From the NCBI RefSeq assembly GCF_006345805.1, contig NC_043003.1:43586001-43650000 (forward strand): a stretch of 64,000 nt of DNA. The letters are read 5' to 3'. This document shows positions 10,984 through 23,052 of this stretch, one piece after another. The DNA is from Octopus sinensis (taxonomy: Eukaryota). Position 1 is the stretch's first letter; every line of letters starts with the position of its first letter. The position numbers and the translations under genes were made by a program. Under the pieces are notes generated by a model that saw only the letters and a program-made list of their open reading frames with translations, did no database searches and was not told the DNA's origin.

Positions 10984-12920
10984 CAGTGAATCCCTAAATG
11001 CTGGTGATGTAAAAATTTCGTGTGGCATTTTCCAGGGTGACTCACTGTCACCACTCCTCTTTTGTTTATCCTTAATACCTCTCTCAAAGCTGCTCAATGA
11101 CGCGCAGTACGGGTATAAAATGTTTGATAAAAATATAAATCATCTCGTTTACATGGATGATTTAAAGCTTTTTGCAAAAAATGATCAACAACTCAAGGGC
11201 TTACTAGCGATAGTCAAACAATTCAGTGACGACATCAGAATGCAATTCGGCCTCGATAAATGTGCAAAGGCTACCTTTATCAAAGGAAAAATGACAGAAA
11301 CATCTAACGTTAACCTTGACCAACAGAATGTCATAAAAGAACTAGACCCAGCGGAGAGCTACAAGTACCTAGGGGTAATTGAAGGGAACGGAATAAGGCA
11401 TTCAGAGATGAAGGAAAGGATCAGGAGAGAATGCTATCGAAGAGTGAGAGCAATACTCAAGACAGAGCTGAGTGCAAGAAACAGGATCGAAGCAATCAAT
11501 GCATTAGCTATACCAGTCGTGACTTACAGTTTCAATATTGTTAACTGGTCAATTACTGAAATATGTCAGCTCGACAGAAAAATAAGGAAACTGTTGACAA
11601 TGCATAGAATGCACCACCCTAAGGCAGATACAGAACGACTCTATCTGCCAAGAAAAGAGGGAGGCCGTGGTCTTTTGCAACTGGCAATAACAATGAAGAT
11701 TGCTACAATTGGCCTAGACACCTACCTGAAAAACTCTGAGGACTGGATGTTAAAACTTGTCTCAAAACATGAAAACAAGAAAGCATCATACTCAGTCACA
11801 AAACAGGCAAAGGAATATCTAAGTGAATTCCGAATACAACCAATTTCGGAATTAGAGATAGACATACAGAAACAAGCACAGAAAAAGCTAGGCGCATGAA
11901 AACCCGTGCCAAAACTGCGGCCTTAGATATTCTGAATAATAAATGGCAAGAAAAACCTCTCTATGGCAAATACCCAAAGAGAGCGAATAATGCAGATATC
12001 GACAAAGCCCTGACCCATCAATGGCTAATGGCCTCTGGCTTAAAATCTGAAACAGAGGGGTTTATCATAGCAGCTCAAGATCAATGCCTACCAACAAGAA
12101 ACTACCAGGCCAACATATTAAAGATCAGAAGCAGTCCAACGTGTCGTGTATGCAGCAACAAAATGAAACCATTGACCATGTGGTCTCCAAGTGCAGTCTT
12201 TTAGCGCCTACAGAGTATCTCAACAGGCACGATAGAGCTGCACAATATATTCACTGGGTAATCTGTAAAAACCTGGATTTGCCCCATGAAAAAAACTGGT
12301 GGGAACACAAACCACCCCCAGTGCTTGAAAATGACCACATCTCACTCCTCTGGAACTTCACCATTCAAACTGACAGGAAGATAGATGCAAATAGGCCAGA
12401 CATCATATTGAAAAACTTCAAACAAAGAACATGCCTCCTCATTGATATGACTGTCCCAATCGATATAAACGTATCTGTCAGGACCTACCAAAAACTGAGC
12501 AAATATAAAGATCTTGAAATAGAAATCAGCAAAATGTGGAAGCTGAAGACTAAAACAATACCTGTTGTCATAGGTGCCCTGGGAATGATAGCAAAAGGGG
12601 CTGATAGCTACCTAACTCAGATACCAGGAAACCCCAAAATGGCAGAAGTTCAAAATATAGTGCTCATGGGAACTGCTCATATCCTACGCAAAATACTCTA
12701 TGTAACCTCAAGGTTTAAAACAACCATAATTTTCGGTTTAAAAAAAAAAAAAAAAAATATTTTTTTTTTAGACATTCATTAGTACAACATCCCCACCCCC
12801 CAAATATATGGCACACTAGGCATAACAACAACATGAACTTCCAACCCTGTTGTCTCTTGAGGTCTCTGGGTGAGACTTGGAGCCAACTTGTACAAATATA
12901 AAGCAAAAGTCAAACATAGA
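10982..12920 (+). mobile_element. 5'-truncated R4/Dong-clade non-LTR retrotransposon (RT, CCHC finger, restriction-like endonuclease) flanked by (TAA)n on both sides
   Basis: GIFQGDSLSPLLF, YMDDLKL, HPKADTERLYLPRKEGGRGL, CRVC...ETIDHVVSKC, RHD, RPDI...LID...KLSKY. ORFs 10982-11899, 11896-12204 and 12084-12782 join through two frameshifts. The 3' UTR has a hairpin GTCTC-tgggt-GAGAC, and the (TAA)n tail runs 12921-12976. Confidence 0.9.
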
Positions 12921-12984
12921 ATAATAATAATAATAATAATAAGATTAATAATAATAAAATAATAATAATAATAATAGTAATATC

Positions 12985-13130
12985 GAAAACTACTTTTGGA
13001 ATGAGAACCCAGTTTCGAAATTTCCCCAGGACACCTGATGAAGACTGGAGGGTATATCAGCCTAAACTTTGTGTTTACAACAAAAAGATAAGGACATATA
13101 TCCAACAAATGTAACTAATGTAAAAAATGT
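12985..13130 (+). mobile_element. Short repeat fragment with a degenerate hammerhead motif (probable Penelope-type pseudo-LTR of a second family)
   Basis: GACAC (13030-34) pairs with GTGTT (13071-75); CTGATGA core at 13035-41; stem II GACTG/CAGCC; TAAA replaces GAAA. Confidence 0.45.
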
Positions 13131-13589
13131 ATATATATATACGTATATAGGTACGTGTATACTTATATTTATGTGTATGTGTGTGTATATCTATATGTGC
13201 GAGCGCGCGTGAGTATGTATATGTATAATGATGTGTAGATAGTTAGTTTGACTCTGAGGCATATACACAGATATGCAATTGCATGCATAAGAACGTATCG
13301 AACACATTTATTCAAATATAGGCGCATGCACGTCTTGTGGTGAAGAAGCTATATTCGCGCCAAATGGTCTTTGGTGAACTCACTTGGAGAGATATCATTG
13401 GGAACAGTTTTGCATAACAGTGCTGGAGTCCGTAATACTATGTGAGAGGAATTCCTTTGCGTAATCATAATACACAACATGTATACATATCTATATATGA
13501 AAAGTGCATGAATGCTTGTGTGTATGTGTGTGTTTGTCTGTCGGTCTGTGTGTGTGTGATAGAGAGAGAGAGACTTAGTGACAGCGAGA

Positions 13590-13883
13590 GTATATCTATC
13601 CTTCTGTTTTCTATGTAAGCGCGAGGGACACATGAAGGCAAAATACCTGCAGCAAGAAAGTGACGTAGAGGAACAACAATAGGAGCCCGTCGAAGAGGAA
13701 GGGTTAGAAATAGAGGAAAATAAAGAGAAATTTATTTTTATAACTAAGCGAAAGAGAAAGGAGCGTGGGAGCTCTCCGACAGGGAACCAAAAACGTAAAA
13801 AGAAAGTAGAGGATAAAATAGTGGAGGTACAGCCAGTGGCCCAGCAACAAAATTTCCTAAGAGGGTGCAAACCTAGGTCCTAA
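13590..13883 (+). mobile_element. Gag-like ORF1 remnant with a zinc knuckle (L1/Tx1-like LINE)
   Basis: CFLCKREGHMKAKY at 13605-13646 fits Cx2Cx4Hx4C with the last Cys as Tyr (TAC). It is followed by an acidic/basic low-complexity frame with one stop. Confidence 0.5.
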
Positions 13884-13961
13884 TTTTTTTAATGAAAAAT
13901 GTGGATTTTTCCAATGTTAACTTTAAAACAAATGCAAGTATAATAATACTTTTTATTATTA

Positions 13962-14445
13962 TGAGGGTCGGCTGAAGTGTTCATAATCTGAGCAAGACAC
14001 TCTCAATGGAATGTGACCAAACGAAGTTCATTTTCTAACATAGTTCCTCTTACTGTCCACATACTTCCATTAGTAGTTGCAGTGCTTGAGTCGCACTGGT
14101 GAAGAAGCTTTTCTGTTGATCAAAATGGTCATCAACAACAGATAAGATGTTCTCATCATAGTGATACTGGTGCTCAGCTGAGTGTTTTTCTATGTTGGGA
14201 AACAGATGATAACCAGAAGGAACCAAATCACTAACATAAGGAGGATGATTAACCAGTTCAAAGTCTGTCACACACAGCAGCCATCGAAACCAATGACTTG
14301 TGTGCTGAAGCATTGTCCTAATGAAACTAAACTCCATTCATCAGTTTTTCTGGGTGTTTTGTCTTGATAGCCTTTCATAACTGGCTTAGGAAGTTGGTAT
14401 TGAAATTTTCCATTGATGGTGTGATCATTTCGAAGATAGCGGATC
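13962..14445 (-). mobile_element. Mariner transposon 3' remnant with one terminal inverted repeat
   Basis: Frameshifted HTING...KAIKTKHPEKL..GV*FH*DNASAHKSLVSMAAV, HPPYVSDLVPSGYHLFP and WKYVDSKRNYVRK*. The terminus TA|TGAGGGTCGGCTGAA is at 13960-13976. Confidence 0.85.
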
Positions 14446-14589
14446 ATTTTGAAGACAGCGTATCTGGGCAGATATACCAGCAGTAGTTTCACAACGGAAT
14501 GGAGGAATAATGGTGGACGATTGTGGTTATGTACAGACTGAGGAACCAAAGCAAATGACTAACCCAGACAGTTGAGGTCTGGGGAATAA

Positions 14590-14960
14590 ACAAGTAAATA
14601 CCAATAAGAAAAGGTGGCATGTAGTAACATATTTAAAAAGTACCGCCATAAATCAGAAAATATCGAAGTTTAAAGGTCTCATAAGGATTACATTACAATA
14701 TGAACGTTACCCGGAACACATAAAGGGAGTGGTGATTGAAAAGGAAAGGTATAAATGGTTAAAAGAACTATTTAAATGTGATGCGAACCCATTGGGGGAA
14801 GAAATTGAATTTGAAGAACTACTAAGAGTAGTTGTATACGAGGAGTTAATTTGAAGAACATCCAAAAGTACTTACATACGATGAGTTAATACCTTTAATG
14901 AATGGTAATAAAGGAGTACGTTAAAAGAGAAAAAGAAAGAAATAGACTTTTAAACAAAGG
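14590..14960 (+). mobile_element. Purine-rich coding remnant, probably the continuation of the ORF1-like unit at 13590
   Basis: Open frame WHVVTYLKSTAINQKISKFKGLIRITLQYERYPEHIKGVVIEKERYKWLKELF. It has the same strand and composition as 13590-13883; the family assignment is from recollection only. Confidence 0.35.
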
Positions 14961-15223
14961 AGAAAAGGAAAAGAAAAAAAGGAAATAGATTTTAATATTA
15001 AAAAACGGGAAACAAATATGTGAAAAGAAAAAAGAGAACTTTCATAACTTGTATAAATTAACAGTAAAATTATAGCTTTCAAAGAATGACTGTTCAACTC
15101 GAGCTGCACTCTTCAAAACTTGTACTAAGTATTAGCACAAGGGGAAATTACTTCCTGTTTTTATAGCAAGTTGATGCATTTGGTTTATCCCGTCCCACTC
15201 CGACTTTTGAAAAACAAACACTA

Positions 15224-15265
<42 letters not shown>

Positions 15266-15311
15266 ACTATATATATATATATATATATATTGATAGATAG
15301 ATAGATAGATA

Positions 15312-15412
<101 letters not shown>

Positions 15413-17109
15413 ATACACACACATATCCCTCTGCGTGCAAAGGGATATGTATATATATAGTGGTAAGCAGAGATATTAGTAGCTTGTATCATACATCATT
15501 ACTATGCTGTATAGTCTGCATATCTTTATTGATTGGAAATACTGAATTCTCGTGTATAAAATTTTTAATTTTGTTTCGATTATTTTTGTTGTTTTTAAAA
15601 CAGATTACTTCCAAGAGTGTTTCCTGGTGTTTCTTTATATGAGTATTTTCTGTTCATGTCACCGACATTCCTATTAAAATTACTACCTTGTCCGTAATAA
15701 AAGAGTGCCAACCATATATATCTATTCCCCCACACTAGTTGGAGGTTGTACCGTTCGACCGATCTTTTTGTCACCCTTTATTGGAAATCTTGCATCCACC
15801 ACTTATACTGTTCTGAAATCATTTGCGTTATTCATTCACAGAGAAATTTCCACTTTTGAGCATGCACAAGTTGGATTCATGTCTGAACTGGTAGCTTAAT
15901 GTAAATCTTTCAATTATATTTCATGGTACTCTTGTCAGGCATTGAATATGATAATTTCTATCTATTCTTTTTAGATAACCTAATATCCACCAAGAACTGT
16001 TGTATATACTGTTGACTATAGAGCTTCTTACCCAACCATTTGCAAGTGTGACTATATTGAAAATCGTTATTAGGTATAGTATAAATGTAAATCAGTAAGT
16101 TTGTTTTCATATTAACAAACAGACTTTAATTATTGCAATTACAATCAAAGCCAATTATTTCAATTATAACTTTACCGATATGTACGTTCGCAATAACCTT
16201 GATGGTTCAGGTCGGTATTGCACCGAATTAAAATCCTTCCAATAATTAGGATTGTTATTCAGTTATGTATTCAGGCATTGGGTTGAAATCATGCAGTTAA
16301 CTTCACCGTAAGTTTCTCCACACTAGATATAATACGTCCCAGACATGAAAGGTGTCAATTCTATCACTCTCTATCATTTTCATACAAATGTGTGATCTTT
16401 TGCCAATCATTATATAGATTTGGGACATTTTCCAAGTAAATATGACGACGATGATGGTGGCCGCACTAGCCAGACAACAACTACAAAAACAATGATAATA
16501 CGAGTTCCTAATATAGGCACAAGTCCAGCGATGATAAGAAAAGAGATTGTCCATTACATTGATTCCTGTAGTCGAGTGGTAATTTCTTTTTCGAAAATGA
16601 GACGGAAATAATAGACGATCTAAGAAATGAATTAACACATTAATACAAGTCGATACGATAATCACTCGGTATCTCATGGGGCCAGGCTAGTATAGTACGT
16701 AGTATCAGTGCGAAGATTGCTTAGCACTAGTCAAATGGGATAAACATCCTTCTGGTAAACCACAATTAATGATGCTTCGTTAGCTGAATGAATGGATGAA
16801 GATGATGAACTCGAAGACAACAGATACTACAGACTTCAGTGTATTCATCCTGGGAATACAGATTGTGGTTTTAAAAGCCATGCAATCTGTTGAAACCCGA
16901 GTAATGATGCATGAAAAATTTATACATTCGGTCTACGGCTTATTTTAGTTATTGCTATATTTATCCTACATTATCCAAGTGCAGCTCGAATGCAACCCCC
17001 AAAAAGACTGATTTCACCAGTCAGCATTATTAGCCAGTGTATGGTATAAAGGAATAGAAATGTTATTTGCATATCTAAAACGATTTCGAAACAAATTCAA
17101 TTGATATAT

Positions 17110-17131
17110 GTCAATTTATATATATAATATA

Positions 17132-17172
<41 letters not shown>

Positions 17173-17300
17173 TATATATATATAATATATATATATATAT
17201 ATTAATATATATATATTATATTATATATTATATATATATATATATAATATATATTATATATTATATATATTTATATATATTTATATATATTTATATATAT

Positions 17301-17363
<63 letters not shown>

Positions 17364-17395
17364 AACATATATATATATATATATATAATATACAA

Positions 17396-17428
<33 letters not shown>

Positions 17429-17550
17429 ATATATATATACATATATATATACATGTATATATATATATATATTATATATTTATATATATTTATATATATA
17501 CATTATATATATTATATATATTATATATATTTATATATATTTATATATAT

Positions 17551-17619
<69 letters not shown>
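17110..17619. repeat. Long interrupted (TA)n microsatellite
   Basis: Direct reading. Confidence 0.95.
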
Positions 17620-17622
<3 letters not shown>

Positions 17623-18600
17623 CAACAAAGACCAAACATTCACTGTATCTAAATGCAATGATAGCTGATGTGGCACATGCCAATTCATACATACCGACCA
17701 ATATATAAACACAAAAACCGGGAAAATATTCACAAACGCGATTATGAATTGCAAAAGCAGAAATTTAATTTACTGCATCAAAATGCCCAAATTGTGAAGA
17801 AATATATGTAGGTCAGACGGGAAACGCACTATCAGAACGTTCACGTGTACACCGGCAACAGATTAGAGACCCAGAGGTCCGTCAGATACCTTTGAGTAAC
17901 CATCTAGCAACATGTGGCCGGAAAATATATATAATATTTCCATTCTACAAATTACACAGCCCAAGTGAAATCGAGAGGAAGATCAGAGAAAATAATTTTA
18001 TTGATAAATTCGAACTCAAGCTAAATAAGCAATAATAATAATACTTAGATAGCAGGAAGATTATCTTATTTAGGGTTAAAAGTTCTATTGCCACCACCAT
18101 CACCACTAGCAACAATAATTAAGGTGCTGACAATGATGATGATGACAATTGAAATATAAAAATATAAAAATCTCTGACAAAGGCTACTTACAACATTTCT
18201 AAAAATAGCCCAACAATTGCTGCTTCGGCCAGGGTCAAGATACAGGACTCTTGACATGTCCAACAAAGCGTGACGCCTAAACCAATCAGCTCAACCAACC
18301 AATCAGCTTAAGTAATTGAGTGATACTACACACTGATTGGTCAGAATACACTTTGCAAAACCTAGCATCTGGAGTCTACACAGCTGTATTTAAAGCACAG
18401 ATTCAATCATCTCGCTACAGTAAAAAATTGTGAAGCATGACTGTCACCACTACTACATGATCCTGAAGATTGCAGAATTTAATGCATGAAAGTACTAGTT
18501 CAATCAGAATGAACATTTAACATTCTATTATTTTATTTTATTATATTATATATTATCTTATATCATTATAAGATTGTAAATAAGACGTGGAAATCAGACG
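17620..18600 (+). mobile_element. Penelope-like element 3' remnant: GIY-YIG endonuclease plus 3' region/pseudo-LTR
   Basis: KCNDS*CGTCQFI...MNCKSRNLIYCIK/CPNCEEIYVGQTGNALSERSRVHRQQIRDPEVRQIPLSNH...RENNFIDKFELKLNKQ* (17645-18035). There is one stop and one frameshift at the A4 run near 17780. Confidence 0.85.
18458..18502 (+). ncRNA. Minimal type I hammerhead ribozyme motif
   Basis: Stem I UGAUC (18458-62) with GUUCA (18498-502); CUGAAGA (18463-69); stem II UGCA/UGCA with an 8-nt loop; GAAA (18488-91); palindromic stem III AGUACU; predicted cleavage after CUA at 18497. Confidence 0.7.
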
Positions 18601-18633
18601 GGGTTGGGATTCCTTTTATTAATATATATATAT

Positions 18634-18670
<37 letters not shown>

Positions 18671-18671
18671 G

Positions 18672-18719
<48 letters not shown>

Positions 18720-18827
18720 TATTTATATATATAATGTATATATATGTGTGTGTGTGTGCGTGTGTATGTTTATATTTATATTTATATATATACATGTATA
18801 TATGCATATATATGTGTATATCTTTCT

Positions 18828-18873
<46 letters not shown>

Positions 18874-19521
18874 GAGAGAGAGAGATAGATAGATATAGAT
18901 ATAGATAGACACATATATATGCATTTATATAAATGCACATATATATATATTTATTTCAAAAAACACATATCTGTTTACACCACAATGGACCCTGGGACCA
19001 ATCAAAAACACCCCCACACACACAAACACATGTATAAATATATATACACACAGAGAAAGACACACACTTTCACACCATTCTGACCTCCATAGACACACAT
19101 ATACACACATATACACACACATATACACAGGCAACACCATGCCAAATACCAATCACACACATACATACACACACACACACACGACACCAAGACAATCATA
19201 CACACGGTTGACAAACGGGCACACATACACACACCATCCTACCAGATTTTACAAACACACAGACACATGTATCCACACCACATATGTATATACACACACA
19301 CTCAAACCATCCTGACCTCTAAAACCAATCCCCCAAATCATTAATGCTTGAAGGAGAGACAAAGAGGTGAAATTCTTTTCAGTTCCACATTACTCCCCCC
19401 CCCCCGCACCCAAACACACCTACAGTGTCCCTTGAAATTGATAATATTCTTTTATGTTAACATGGTGGACAGGTCAGTTTAAGGTTCGCTACTACTATAA
19501 TGTAAACCTTTTTGAACTCAT

Positions 19522-19912
19522 AATATTCTGTGCTTGTATACCAATATTCCACTGAAATTTTTTAAAATTCCTTCTGGAAATTATCTTCAGAATGTATAAT
19601 ATATTTGTTGTAATCTTTTGTGCCCAATATTTCAATGAACTTGTTAAACTTTTCTATGTTCTTAACATGCTCTTGTCACCAAAGAATATATATATAAGTT
19701 TTGTAGTACTCTGTGTCAACAAATATTCTGTGCGTGTTTGAATATACAGATAAAATACCAATATCCCACTGAATAATTTTAATAATTCCCTCTGGAAACT
19801 ATCTTTAAGATGTTCTTGTGAATGATTATTTATGTTGTGATCTTTTGTGCCCAATATTTTAAGGAACTTGTTAAACTTTTTTATGTCCTGAACATGTCCT
19901 CGTTACCAAAGA
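19522..19912. repeat. Diverged two-unit tandem duplication (19522-19685 and 19722-19912)
   Basis: Shared blocks AATATTCTGTGC, ATACCAATAT.CCACTGAA, ATCTTTTGTGCCCAATATTT and GAACTTGTTAAACTTTT. Confidence 0.85.
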
Positions 19913-20196
19913 CTGTATATATGTAATGTAGCAGATATGTGTTTTTTAAATATATATATATATGTGCATATATATAAATGCATATATATGTGTATATCTA
20001 TATATATATCTATATATATATAATAATTAACGCAACCAAATTTCTACATGTTACTTTTGACAAACTTTTTCCAAAGAGTGAAACCAGTAAAGTAAATAAA
20101 CATATTTTAAAATTGCATTTTCAAACCTTCTTTCGTATATAATTCCACTGGTGCGGTACCCTACAACTCCACTTTGTTATTTATATATATATATAT

Positions 20197-20626
20197 AACT
20201 TATAAACAAGGGCAAAAGAAAAAAATTCCAATACCAAATATGCCGAAAGTAGACTTTATAATCATATAATTTATCACTATAAGCACTCGTCTCGAAAGCA
20301 AGCCGTTAGAAATTTCTAAAAAAAAATCGTTACACTCGGTCCCAATTTCTGAATTAATTCGTTTAGAATTTTCACGTCATCAGCGATAAATACGATAAGA
20401 AAATATATGTGATACTTGTATTTATCGCTGATGACGAGGAAATTCAAAATGAATTAACTCAGAAATTGGGACCGACCCGATAATAACGAAATTTTTTAGA
20501 GATTTCTATTAGTTCGCTTTCGAGACGCGTGCTTATAGTGCTAAATTATATGGTTATTGACGATGAAGTCTATTTTCGGCATATTTGGCATTGGAAGGTT
20601 TTTTCTGTTGCCCTTATTTGTAAGTT
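20197..20626. mobile_element. Long imperfect palindrome (MITE/foldback element) with about 200-bp arms and a 24-bp spacer
   Basis: Left arm 20197-20393 versus right arm 20418-20626, e.g. CGTCATCAGCGATAAATAC / GTATTTATCGCTGATGACG and CCAAATATGCCGAAA / TTTCGGCATATTTGG. Confidence 0.8.
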
Positions 20627-20715
20627 GTTTCGGAATTTAACCTTTAAAGGTATTTTAATATGCTGGCTTCTGATAAAAATCTTTCGAAAATTTTATCCTT
20701 TATTAGATGTAAGTA

Positions 20716-20756
<41 letters not shown>

Positions 20757-21161
20757 GGAGAATCCACATACACACACGCGCACTCACACACACTCACACA
20801 CACACACTCACGAACACACACACGCACGAACACACACTCACACACACACATATATACATATATATATGTATATAAATGTATATATTTATCGTTATTAATT
20901 CAAATAACTGAATGAAAAGCCGAAATGAAGCCGAAAATTCAAAGAGGAAATATAAGGATAAACTAGAATTTACGTTTATGTATTTGTTTTGAAAGATTCA
21001 TTATGTGAAATCCTGTGTTAAATATACAAGTTGTTATATTTCGGGAACGTCATTGTTTTTCTTTTGCCAAATAAACTAACACGCTATAAATCCGTTCTTC
21101 CCTTCGGATTTATTATTTGTTTTCTATGTCTCTTGAGTGGAAATCTTTGTTTACATATCCA

Positions 21162-21262
21162 GTGACCTTTTCAGCGACTCTCTCTCTCACGTGTCTCCAC
21201 CTGTTCGGGAATAAATATAACAGGTGTAGGCACGTGGGATGGAGAATCGCTGAAGAGTTCAC
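21162..21262 (+). other. About 100-nt hairpin with a long G:U-containing stem (pre-miRNA-like or tiny MITE)
   Basis: CACCTGTT/AACAGGTG closes a 13-nt loop. The stem extends through CACGTG/CACGTG and TTTTCAGCGACTCTC/GAGAATCGCTGAAGA. Confidence 0.55.
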
Positions 21263-21476
21263 AGTATGTGTGTCGAAAGATTTCCATCAATAATAAATAA
21301 TACATAATGAATGACATCAATAAAAAACAACATCAGTAATAAATCTGAAGTGAAGAAGGGATATATAGCGTGTGTCTTTATTTATACATAATGTAGATAC
21401 ATGCATATATTCAGACACATACATACACACACACACACAAATACACACGCCACACACACGCACACACACACACATA

Positions 21477-21535
<59 letters not shown>

Positions 21536-21542
21536 GCATATG

Positions 21543-22914
21543 TAGTAAAGTCATGGAGCACATTGTCAGGAAAAGACTGATTGAGTTCCTTGAGGACGAC
21601 GATCTGCTCTTTGAAACCCAACAAGGCTTTCGCCCGGGAAGGAGTTGTCTTACACAGCTTCTGCGACACTATGACTGGGTACTGAAGCAATTAATGAACT
21701 GCTTAAGAGTGGATGTGGTATACCTCGACTTTGCAAAGGCATTTTAGAAGGTCGACCATGGAATGATGTGCCACGAAATACAGGGACTCGGTATCACAGG
21801 TAAAGTCGAAGAGTGGATCCATGATTTCCTAAAGTACAGGAGCCAAACTGTAGCAGCCAACGCAGCTCTCTTCACAGATACACCAATAGTGAACGGAGTG
21901 CCCCAGGGCACTGTGCTGGGACCACTGCTTTTCATGGTAGCCATATCAGATATGCCACCAGTGACAGAGGCAGTCATGCTTACTACTTATGCTGACGACA
22001 AAAAAGTTGCACAGTCAGTCAAGGAAACCTCTGATGCTACGCTCTTACAGAAAGATCTAGATGCCATCTATACATGGACTGAGGATAACAACATGCAATT
22101 TGATGCAAGTAAATTCCAGGCCCTCCGCTATCAGTTAAGCACTGCTCAGGAATCACGACATCAAATACGGTGCGTGATCTTCGAATAGAAATGAGCAATA
22201 ATGCCTCATTTCACACACGTATCAACAAAATTGTAGCAGTATCCAAAGACTGACTGATTGTATTCTGAGAACCTTCCGGACAAGGGACAAAGAAACTATG
22301 ATGACACTATGGAATTCATTTATCTTCATCCGACTGGAAGCAGCTCTCAGCTATGGTCACCTTATACTACAAGAACTTTAGCAGAGCTTGAAGTAGTCCA
22401 ACAACATTACACAAAGAAAATTGCATCACTGGAACGATTGAGCTACTGGGACAGGTTGAAAGAGCTTCTATTCCCTGGAACGAAGTATGATATATATATA
22501 TGGAACATACTGGAAGGAACGGTACCAAACTTTGGAATAAAGAGCTATACCAGACCACGAATAGGACGTCACTGTGCTGTCCCCAATGTGTCAACTGCTT
22601 CATCTCGGGCAAGGACGCTGTACTGCAACAGCTTGGGTTTCAAGGGCTCACAGCTGTTTAAATGTCTGCCGAAGCATCTGATGAGCCGCCATGAAGTGGA
22701 TGTAGCCATTTTCAAACGTGAACTTGACCTCTGGCTCGCTGAGATCCCGGATGAGCCAATATGTAAGCTAGAAACTCTAAAGAGGGCAGTAGCCCCGAAC
22801 TCCATGCTTCACCAAAATCCGCTCCGACAAAGATGGAATGTGGTAAGATGATTGCAATGGCGGTGATCCAGCATGGCCACAGTCATTGGGCTGAAACATA
22901 TAAAAGAATAAAAG
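21543..22914 (+). mobile_element. 5'-truncated CR1-group LINE (RT domain to 3' UTR), degenerate
   Basis: QQGFRPGRSCLTQLL, VYLDFAKAF*KVDH, GVPQGTVLGPLLF, YADD (21988-99), SQLWSP, SYWDRLKEL. The 3' stem-loop CAGTC-attg-GGCTG is followed by an A-rich end. Confidence 0.85.
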
Positions 22915-22934
22915 TATACATACATACATACATA

Positions 22935-23052
<118 letters not shown>

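Noticed and set aside
16303-16677. 124-aa minus ORF and a hydrophobic stretch TISFLIIAGLVPILGTRIIIVFVVVVWLVR in another frame
   Set aside because: The hydrophobicity comes partly from GTT/ATC low-complexity sequence, it is bounded by stops, and no homologue is recognised.
20425-20446. CTGATGA...GAAA hammerhead-like string
   Set aside because: Only four bases lie between the motifs and no stems I or III form; it is part of the palindrome arm.
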